A DNA stretch of 64,000 nt from the NCBI GenBank assembly GCA_018882795.1, contig VERJ01000002.1:12049-76048 (forward strand), written 5' to 3'. The notes under the pieces are model-generated. The model had not been told where the DNA came from. It worked only from the letters and a program-made list of their open reading frames with translations, and ran no database searches. Below are positions 31,866 through 38,396 of the stretch, in pieces. Within the stretch, counting starts at the first letter, position 1. The number at the start of each line of letters is the position of its first letter. Origin of the DNA: Burkholderiaceae bacterium (lineage in GTDB: Bacteria; Pseudomonadota; Gammaproteobacteria; Burkholderiales; Burkholderiaceae_A). The position numbers and the translations under genes are program-made.

Positions 31866-31952
31866 ATTCACTCATCCTTTTTGTGGGTACAGGGCCCGGG
31901 CAGAGGGGGGGTGCCTGGGATCTTGTCTTGACTCTGACAAACGTATATTAAT

Positions 31953-31971
31953 ACGAATGATTATCGTTTGC
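31953..31971. promoter_or_regulatory. Fur box upstream of the Fe3+-binding protein gene
   Basis: Minus strand reads GCAAACGATAATCATTCGT, close to GATAATGATAATCATTATC; ~90 bp upstream of the iron gene. Confidence 0.75.
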
Positions 31972-32078
31972 AAATAGAACGATGCTTTTCCTGTCCATCC
32001 TTAAATTTCATATAAAACAAGGGCTTAGGATCTGGGATTCTGGTGCACCCCCTACCGATGGCTCTGTCCTGAACATAC

Positions 32079-32122
32079 TGTCAATTTGTTTTGACATATA
32101 AAAATGTAAGCGTAGAATTACA
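32079..32122 (+). promoter_or_regulatory. puc promoter with tandem PpsR/CrtJ sites
   Basis: Two TGT-N12-ACA palindromes (32079-32096, 32105-32122) 8 bp apart, covering TTGACA (32091) and TAGAAT (32113). Confidence 0.88.
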
Positions 32123-32234
32123 CCTAAACCCTTTAAGGGTTTTCGGCGGTGATGGTGGCGTACCTATCCATCCCCTCCACAACAACCCTCGTGCGGGTTC
32201 AGCACGAAGTGAGGTCTTTCAAAGGAGAAATGCT

Positions 32235-32387
32235 ATGGCAGACCCAAACAAAGTATGGCCCACCGGCCTTACCGAGGCTGAATCGGAAGAGATTCACCGC
32301 AATGTGATTCAGGGCACGCAAATTTTCGGGATGATCGCTGTCCTGGCGCATTTGCTCGCTTACATCTATTCACCTTGGTTGCACTAA
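32235..32387 (+). CDS. pucB: LH2 light-harvesting beta polypeptide
   Basis: MADPNKVWPTGLTEAESEEIH...AVLAH...YSPWLH; AAGGAG RBS. Confidence 0.95.
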   Translation: MADPNKVWPTGLTEAESEEIHRNVIQGTQIFGMIAVLAHLLAYIYSPWLH

Positions 32388-32399
32388 CAGGAGCCGATC

Positions 32400-32588
32400 A
32401 TGATCTATGGAAAAATTTGGTGCGTCGTTAAGCCCACGGTTGGTATTCCTTTGTTCCTTGCTGGTGTTGCCGTGACCTCGTTCGCAGTTCACCTTGCACT
32501 GATCAACAACACCACCTGGATCAAGGACTATCATCAGGGTGGTCAAAAAGCTGTTGCGGCCCAGCAGGCGCAAGCGGTTAAGAAGTAA
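32400..32588 (+). CDS. pucA: LH2 light-harvesting alpha polypeptide
   Basis: KIWCVVKPTVGIPL...VH(31)...TTW(40); AGGAG RBS. Confidence 0.93.
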   Translation: MIYGKIWCVVKPTVGIPLFLAGVAVTSFAVHLALINNTTWIKDYHQGGQKAVAAQQAQAVKK

Positions 32589-32608
32589 CGGAAGTTTTCT
32601 TCCCAGAG

Positions 32609-32642
32609 GGTTCCAGAGTCTTCCGGCTTTGGAACCTTTTTT
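32609..32642 (+). terminator. Stem-loop / partial terminator between pucA and pucC
   Basis: GGTTCCAGAG-loop-CTTTGGAACC followed by TTTTTT. Confidence 0.75.
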
Positions 32643-32686
32643 CTTTGTGTGCAAACTGATCTCCGGTTTTTCTAGAATACAAAACC

Positions 32687-34108
32687 GTGAACCGCTTTAG
32701 CCAATCCCTGATCCGATCCTGGGCATCACTCGGGCCGCGATTTCTTCCATTCGCAGATGTCGCCACGCCTGATCTGCCCTTGTCGCGCCTGTTGCGACTC
32801 TCACTTTTTCAGATATCCGTGGGCATGGCCCTGGTCATGCTGGTGGGTACACTGAATCGGGTCATGATTGTCGAGCTGAAGGTGCCCGCCACTCTGGTGG
32901 CGGTCATGGTGTCCTTGCCGATCGTCTTTGCGCCGTTTCGGGCGTTGATCGGTTTTCGATCTGATATTCATCGCTCCGAATTAGGTTGGCGCCGTGTGCC
33001 CTACATCTGGATGGGCACCATGTTGCAGTTTGGCGGCTTTGCCATCATGCCGTTTGCGCTGCTCGTGCTCTCTGGTGCAGGCCATGCCGCAAACGCGCCA
33101 GCATGGATTGGTCAGGCAGGTGCAGCGATCGCTTTCCTGTTGGTGGGCGCAGGCATGCACACAGTACAGACGGTGGGCCTGGCCCTCGCAACTGACCTCG
33201 CTCCCCAGGAGTCTCAACCCAAGGTGGTGGGGTTGATGTATGTCATGTTGCTTTTGGGCATGATTGTCAGTGCCTTGACCTTTGGTGTGCTCTTGGCGGA
33301 TTACAGCCCGGGCCGTTTGGTGCAGGTGATCCAGGGGGCCGCACTCGTGACCATGGTGCTCAATGTGCTCGCCCTCTGGAAGCAGGAAAGTCGCGACCGT
33401 TCGCGTAAACATCCTCCCGCGCCCGATCCGACGTTCCGAGAATCTTGGTCCAGTTTTACGCAGGGCGGTGCAGCTCTGCGTCGACTGCTCGTTGTGGGCT
33501 TGGGGACTATGGCGTTTGCCATGGAAGATGTATTACTTGAGCCCTACGGCGGCGAGATTCTCAAACTCAGCGTCGGATCTACGACGCTTCTGACAGCAAC
33601 GCTCGCGTTTGGCAGTCTGATTGGTTTTGGTTTTGCATCCCGGGTGTTAAGCCGTGGTGCGGATCCTTATCGTATGGCCGCCTTCGGGGCCCTTGCCGGG
33701 ATACCAGCCTTTGTTGCTGTCATCATTGCTGCGCCTCTACAGTCGACTCCAGTGTTTGCAATGGGTACTTTCTTGATTGGCCTCGGAGCGGGGCTCTTTG
33801 GCCATGGCACGCTTACTGCCACCATGCAGCATGCACCAAAACATCAGGTGGGCCTGGCGCTTGGCGCCTGGGGCGCTGTACAGGCCACTGCTGCGGGTGT
33901 GGCCATGGCCATAGGCGCTGTGATGCGCGATCTGATCGTGGTGATGGGCTCGCCTGAATTGCCTGGGCTTGGCTTTGCTGGAGCAGCCAGCGGCTATGTC
34001 GTTGTGTATATCATTGAGACTGTATTGCTGGTGGCCACTCTGGTGTGTATGGCCCCACTGATAAAAAAAGGCAGGTCAGGGGAGTTCACAGGTTCAGCCG
34101 CTCATTGA
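32687..34108 (+). CDS. pucC: PucC/LhaA (BCD) family MFS assembly protein
   Basis: FLPFAD, RLLRLSLFQ, GTLNRVMIVEL, LLEPYGG, LGAWGAVQA; follows pucBA. Confidence 0.93.
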   Translation: MNRFSQSLIRSWASLGPRFLPFADVATPDLPLSRLLRLSLFQISVGMALVMLVGTLNRVMIVELKVPATLVAVMVSLPIVFAPFRALIGFRSDIHRSELGWRRVPYIWMGTMLQFGGFAIMPFALLVLSGAGHAANAPAWIGQAGAAIAFLLVGAGMHTVQTVGLALATDLAPQESQPKVVGLMYVMLLLGMIVSALTFGVLLADYSPGRLVQVIQGAALVTMVLNVLALWKQESRDRSRKHPPAPDPTFRESWSSFTQGGAALRRLLVVGLGTMAFAMEDVLLEPYGGEILKLSVGSTTLLTATLAFGSLIGFGFASRVLSRGADPYRMAAFGALAGIPAFVAVIIAAPLQSTPVFAMGTFLIGLGAGLFGHGTLTATMQHAPKHQVGLALGAWGAVQATAAGVAMAIGAVMRDLIVVMGSPELPGLGFAGAASGYVVVYIIETVLLVATLVCMAPLIKKGRSGEFTGSAAH

Positions 34109-34139
34109 GCTGATTTTTTAAAAGAAAGGTTGGTGCGTT

Positions 34140-34226
34140 ATGGAAGTCTCTGGCGTTATTCTCATTGTCTGGTTTGTCGTTGCGGGCATGCTGGTGATCA
34201 ATCATTTCAATCGGGGCGGCAAGTAG
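34140..34226 (+). CDS. Putative 28-aa single-TM peptide at the end of the puc operon
   Basis: MEVSGVILIVWFVVAGMLVINHFNRGGK; GAAAGG RBS; lies between pucC and the terminator. Confidence 0.6.
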   Translation: MEVSGVILIVWFVVAGMLVINHFNRGGK

Positions 34227-34250
34227 TTCTGCCTGCGTTTCAGGTTGAAT

Positions 34251-34278
34251 AAAAGGCCCAGCATTGCTGGGCCTTTTT
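34251..34278 (+). terminator. Intrinsic (possibly bidirectional) terminator closing the puc operon
   Basis: AAAAGGCCCAGC-ATT-GCTGGGCCTTTTT. Confidence 0.88.
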
Positions 34279-34306
34279 TAATACTGCGCCGAAAACCAAG
34301 CGGCGC

Positions 34307-35530
34307 GTGGACACGACTCCCATGGCGGTCGCGGATAGTGGCGCCATGGCGGGATCTGGAACCACAAATACTGTTGTCTGGCCGGCGAAGGGCATGCGGG
34401 GAGGGGGTATGCCGCCCGACGTTCTGGTTGCGCTTTTCGGGCAGGCCAATATCCAAATCAATGGGTCACAACCCTTCGATATTCAGGTGCATGATTCACG
34501 GGCCTACCGCGCCATTCTGGCCAACTGGTCACTCGGTTTGGGCGAATCCTATATGGATGGTCTCTGGGACTGCGAGCACCTTGATGAACTGATTACACGC
34601 CTGCTGTCGGCAAAGCTCTATGACCGTGCAGTTGGCCTGACAAGGCTGCGTCTGACAGGCCACGCGCTGCGCGCTCGTTTAATGAATCTGCAGTCTCCCA
34701 CCCGCGCATTCCAGGTGGGTGAGACCCATTACAACATTGGCAATGATTTATTTGAGCGGATGCTCGATCCTCTGATGATCTATTCGTGTGCGTATTGGGA
34801 AAGGGCTGCCGATTTGGCACAGGCCCAGGAAGATAAGCTGGAGATGATCTGCCGCAAGCTCGCGCTCAAGCCGGGCGAGCGGCTTTTGGATATTGGCTGT
34901 GGCTGGGGTGGCTTGGCGCACTACGCTGTAACTCGCTATGGGGTGTCGGTTCACGGTATCACGGTGTCAAGGGAGCAAAGGCAGCATGCCTTAGAGCGAT
35001 GTGCGGGGCTACCTGTCACCGTAGATCTCGTGGATTACCGGGAACTTTCTGGGGTGTATGACAAGATCGTGTCGGTCGGTATGTTTGAGCACGTCGGCCC
35101 AAAAAATTATCAGACTTATTTCAATACGACCCATCGACTGCTTGCCGATGAGGGGCTATTTCTGCTGCATACCATCGGAGGAGATGTCACGGCGCCATCT
35201 GTTGATCCATGGATTGATCGCTATATTTTTCCAAATGGGAAAATTCCTGGGCCGAGTGAACTTTTGGCTGCAATGGAGGGCCGCTTTTTGTTGGAAGACT
35301 GGCATAACTTTGGCCCGGATTACGACCGAACACTCATGGCCTGGGAGGCCAACTTTGTGGCCCGATGGCCAGAGATCAGCGCGACCTATGGTCAGCGGTT
35401 TTTTCGTATGTGGCGCTATTACCTCTTGGCCTGCGCGGGATATTTTCGCTCGCGTCAAGGGCAGCTTTGGCAGCTTGTGTTGACGAAACAATCCCGGAAA
35501 AGTCCATATAGGTCTTTTCGATTTTCCTAA
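34307..35530 (+). CDS. cfa: Cyclopropane-fatty-acyl-phospholipid synthase
   Basis: LGESYMDG, HYNIGN, YSCAYW, LDIGCGWG, SVGMFEHVG, YIFP; start codon uncertain. Confidence 0.93.
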   Translation: MDTTPMAVADSGAMAGSGTTNTVVWPAKGMRGGGMPPDVLVALFGQANIQINGSQPFDIQVHDSRAYRAILANWSLGLGESYMDGLWDCEHLDELITRLLSAKLYDRAVGLTRLRLTGHALRARLMNLQSPTRAFQVGETHYNIGNDLFERMLDPLMIYSCAYWERAADLAQAQEDKLEMICRKLALKPGERLLDIGCGWGGLAHYAVTRYGVSVHGITVSREQRQHALERCAGLPVTVDLVDYRELSGVYDKIVSVGMFEHVGPKNYQTYFNTTHRLLADEGLFLLHTIGGDVTAPSVDPWIDRYIFPNGKIPGPSELLAAMEGRFLLEDWHNFGPDYDRTLMAWEANFVARWPEISATYGQRFFRMWRYYLLACAGYFRSRQGQLWQLVLTKQSRKSPYRSFRFS

Positions 35531-35933
35531 GGCTAAAAGAAAGCAGCTGATCAATCATCGAAACAACTGACTGTCGGTGTTTGGGGTTGAGCCGATTCAG
35601 TTGTTGGTTCCAGGCTTCGATCTCTGGCAGCAGAAAATGCTTCGGTTTGTCGGCAAGCTGAGGTGGGCCGTGCACAAGTGACTGCTCAGACTTAAAGAGC
35701 TGATTGGCATCAATACCCAACCATTCAAGTAGTGTCTGCATGTGCAGATACTCTGGAACGCTAGATCCGATCAACCAGCGTCGAATAGACTCCTGGGAAA
35801 TGGTTTTGGCACTGCGGCAGCGAAGATTAAATTCACGCGCAATGAATGCGTTAGAAGGGACTTTGCCGAATTTGTGGCGTAGTGCGGCTCGCAGAGCATC
35901 GGAGAGGCTGGATTTGAAGGTGTCGTGACTCAT
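35376..35933 (-). CDS. XRE-like HTH regulator, paralog 1
   Basis: FGKVPS..AREFNLR...ISQESIRRWLIG..VP...LLEWL; clearly similar to 37616-38119; 3' end overlaps cfa. Confidence 0.7.
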   Translation of the reverse strand: MSHDTFKSSLSDALRAALRHKFGKVPSNAFIAREFNLRCRSAKTISQESIRRWLIGSSVPEYLHMQTLLEWLGIDANQLFKSEQSLVHGPPQLADKPKHFLLPEIEAWNQQLNRLNPKHRQSVVSMIDQLLSFSLRKIEKTYMDFSGIVSSTQAAKAALDASENIPRRPRGNSATYEKTADHRSR

Positions 35934-36036
35934 GTCGTCCAGTTGCTTTCTTTGTTATGTACTTTTTAAATATTTTTATTTTTTAATTATATGTTCTTAC
36001 CCCCCCCCCACTTAAAAAATTAAGTTTTGAAAATTT

Positions 36037-36055
36037 CTCCACATTTGGTGTGGAG
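36037..36055. promoter_or_regulatory. Palindromic operator candidate 1
   Basis: CTCCACA-TTTGG-TGTGGAG; the same core recurs at 38196. Confidence 0.65.
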
Positions 36056-36215
36056 TTTTTTCCATTGCGAAGAGGAAATCTGCACCTCTAAGCACGGCCC
36101 TTAATCAGTTAGATCGCAGGTCTCGCACGTCACGCTTTGCACACTGCGTGTGGGGCGTGGTGTGGGCTTACCGCCTAGGATGTGGTCTTTATTGCTTCAG
36201 AAACGGATGTTGAAC

Positions 36216-36662
36216 ATGAAACTGACTCCACGTACCCTCTTGGTGCTGGCTGACGGATCAAAGGCGGTGTTTTTGTGCAATCAAGGCCATAACGGCCGGG
36301 TCCGCCTAAAAGAATTACAGACCTTTTCCCAAAATAATCCGGCAAGCCGTGATCTTGGTTGGGATCGGCCTGGCCGCACCTATGCCCGTTACGGCTTTCG
36401 CCGATCAGCCTATGAAACCCATGATCCACATGACCTTGGTGAGGGCACTTTCTTGAAGGACCTTGCCCAAGCGATAGAGGGGGCGTTGGGTGCTGACGGT
36501 TATGAGCGCGTGGTGCTGATGGCCCCCCCGGAGGCTCTCGGTCAGTTACGGCAGGCGCTTGGCCCTGTGGCCAAAGATAAAGTTGATGGGACCATTGCCA
36601 AGGATTATCTGAACATGCCGCGCACGGAGCTTGAACAGATCTTGATGCGCGGTTTGCAGTAG
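36216..36662 (+). CDS. Host-attachment family (baeRF12-like) protein
   Basis: VLADGSKA, DRPGR, VVLMAPPEALGQLR, IAKDY motifs. Confidence 0.82.
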   Translation: MKLTPRTLLVLADGSKAVFLCNQGHNGRVRLKELQTFSQNNPASRDLGWDRPGRTYARYGFRRSAYETHDPHDLGEGTFLKDLAQAIEGALGADGYERVVLMAPPEALGQLRQALGPVAKDKVDGTIAKDYLNMPRTELEQILMRGLQ

Positions 36663-36701
36663 ACTTGCGGCCTTTTTGTTGAAGGAAAACTTTAATTGTT
36701 G

Positions 36702-36980
36702 ATGTTGCCCTATTACCTGTGTGCCGACTCAGAGGAAAAACTTTGGACGTGTCTTGAGGCGGCAGGCCTCGCAGATCTATCACCGCCACAGCTGGATGTC
36801 ATGGGCACCCTGTTCGAGGCCACAGGGCTGATCCTGGTAGATGAGCAGGATCACCGCTACCCGCATTTTCGTCCGCTGAAGGGCTATTACGCCGTCGTCC
36901 ATCGGGAACTGAACGAGGCCGAGCGTTCTGTGCTGCCGGTCGTGCCCAGGCCGGCTTCTATTGTCAGAATTTGCGCCTGA
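36702..36980 (+). CDS. Hypothetical 92-aa protein
   Basis: Fills the gap between two co-oriented genes; GAAGGA RBS upstream. Confidence 0.6.
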   Translation: MLPYYLCADSEEKLWTCLEAAGLADLSPPQLDVMGTLFEATGLILVDEQDHRYPHFRPLKGYYAVVHRELNEAERSVLPVVPRPASIVRICA

Positions 36981-37076
36981 GGTTTCCACGGCGCACCCTG
37001 TTCAATCCAATCACAAAGAGTAATGCCATGGCGCTGACCATGATCTGATGGGAGCACCTTATTCATGGAGGCCCCT

Positions 37077-37511
37077 ATGGCAGAGCTCAATCTAACAGAA
37101 GCATTTCTTAATCCCTGGTTGCGTGACTTCCCAAAGCTGTTCATGCCGCCGATCATGTCTCCACTATCGGGGGCTATGGCCGCCGCTGACAGCATCAAGG
37201 TGGATATTCGGGAGCAGCCCGAGATGTATCTGCTCGAGGCTGAGATGTCTGGCGTAAAAAAAGACACACTCAAGGTATCTGTGGATGGCTCCCGGATCAC
37301 GATTGAGGGCGATATCCGCAATGGTGCGGCTCTGCCTAAGGAAGAGCGTCTGATTTGCGGTGAACGCCATGTGGGGCATGTGCAGCGCATGCTTGATCTG
37401 GATGTGGCACTGGATGCTTCCCGATCCACCGCCCATTACGAGGATGGATTACTGACTGTGCTGCTCTATAAGCAGTCTGCTTCGGGGGCCACAACGATCT
37501 CAGTGAATTAG
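37077..37511 (+). CDS. Hsp20/alpha-crystallin small heat-shock protein
   Basis: VDIRE, AEMSGV, ER..G...R, AHYEDGLLTV; GGAGG RBS. Confidence 0.88.
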   Translation: MAELNLTEAFLNPWLRDFPKLFMPPIMSPLSGAMAAADSIKVDIREQPEMYLLEAEMSGVKKDTLKVSVDGSRITIEGDIRNGAALPKEERLICGERHVGHVQRMLDLDVALDASRSTAHYEDGLLTVLLYKQSASGATTISVN

Positions 37512-37550
37512 GATTTCGGCCATCCCGATACACGGGTCAATGCATGAGCC

Positions 37551-37578
37551 AAAGGCCGCTGAAATTCCAGCGGCCTTT
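37551..37578. terminator. Bidirectional terminator between Hsp20 and regulator 2
   Basis: AAAGGCCGCTG-AAATTC-CAGCGGCCTTT. Confidence 0.82.
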
Positions 37579-37615
37579 GTTTTCTAATTTCCTGGGATTC
37601 TTAGTCTAACGAGCG

Positions 37616-38119
37616 TTATTCTGGTGCAAATGCGGAGGGGCGAAATCCCGATTTCATCAACTCCAGCATTGCGCGTTTCTGTGCGCCGTCCAGGGCCATC
37701 AGCAATTGCAGCAGCTCAGCATCCTGAGGGCTTGCGCCATTGCTGAGCACTTCTCTGTGATGTTGCAACTCCGTTCTATCAGGCTCCTCCGTGGAGGCAT
37801 GCTGCACTGGTCTTGGATTCGCAGTAACTGGCGAACCAATCGGTGGGCGACTGCCAAAAGGCTGTGCCCTGGGCTTGAGTGCTTCATTGAAATCAAGGTT
37901 GAGCCAATTCACCAGAACCCTTAGGCGTTCCTCCTCGGGCAGAGATACGCCCCGAAGCCATCGTCGGGCGCTTTCTTGCGAGATCGGAGAGGTGTCATAG
38001 GCGCGCAAATTGAACTCGCGGGCCACGACTGCGGCAGAAGGGATTCGACCAAAGCGGCTCCTGAGTGAATCACGGAGAAGCGCTGAGAAATTTTCTTTGA
38101 TGTCATTTGATTTAGCCAT
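37616..38119 (-). CDS. XRE-like HTH regulator, paralog 2
   Basis: FGRIPS..AREFNLR...ISQESARRWLRG..LP...LVNWL; start ATG 38119. Confidence 0.72.
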   Translation of the reverse strand: MAKSNDIKENFSALLRDSLRSRFGRIPSAAVVAREFNLRAYDTSPISQESARRWLRGVSLPEEERLRVLVNWLNLDFNEALKPRAQPFGSRPPIGSPVTANPRPVQHASTEEPDRTELQHHREVLSNGASPQDAELLQLLMALDGAQKRAMLELMKSGFRPSAFAPE

Positions 38120-38195
38120 GGATGAAACGATAGGCAAGGGCAGGTACCCCCACTGCAACTCTGGGTTGTAACTTTGGGCTAATTTCCACTAAACC

Positions 38196-38212
38196 TCCAC
38201 ATTGAATGTGGA
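38196..38212. promoter_or_regulatory. Palindromic operator candidate 2
   Basis: TCCACA-TTGAA-TGTGGA; extra half-sites TCCACTAA (38185) and TTAGTGGA (38244). Confidence 0.65.
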
Positions 38213-38396
38213 ATGGCAGGTTCCTCGCCTAACTCATTGATTCTTAGTGGACATAAATTGAAGTCCGCCTGCACTGGGGTTTTTATCCGCTTCCAAACCC
38301 GGTGAGTACGCCGATCCCGCCCAGGTTTTCAGACTCCTTCCATCGCCACTCACCTGTGGGTGGCGAGCACTGTCCCAACAACTTTAGGAGGCTGTA

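Noticed and set aside
32091..32234. N-terminal extension of PucB (98-aa track ORF)
   Set aside because: It begins at the TTG of the -35 box; the RBS and homology support ATG 32235.
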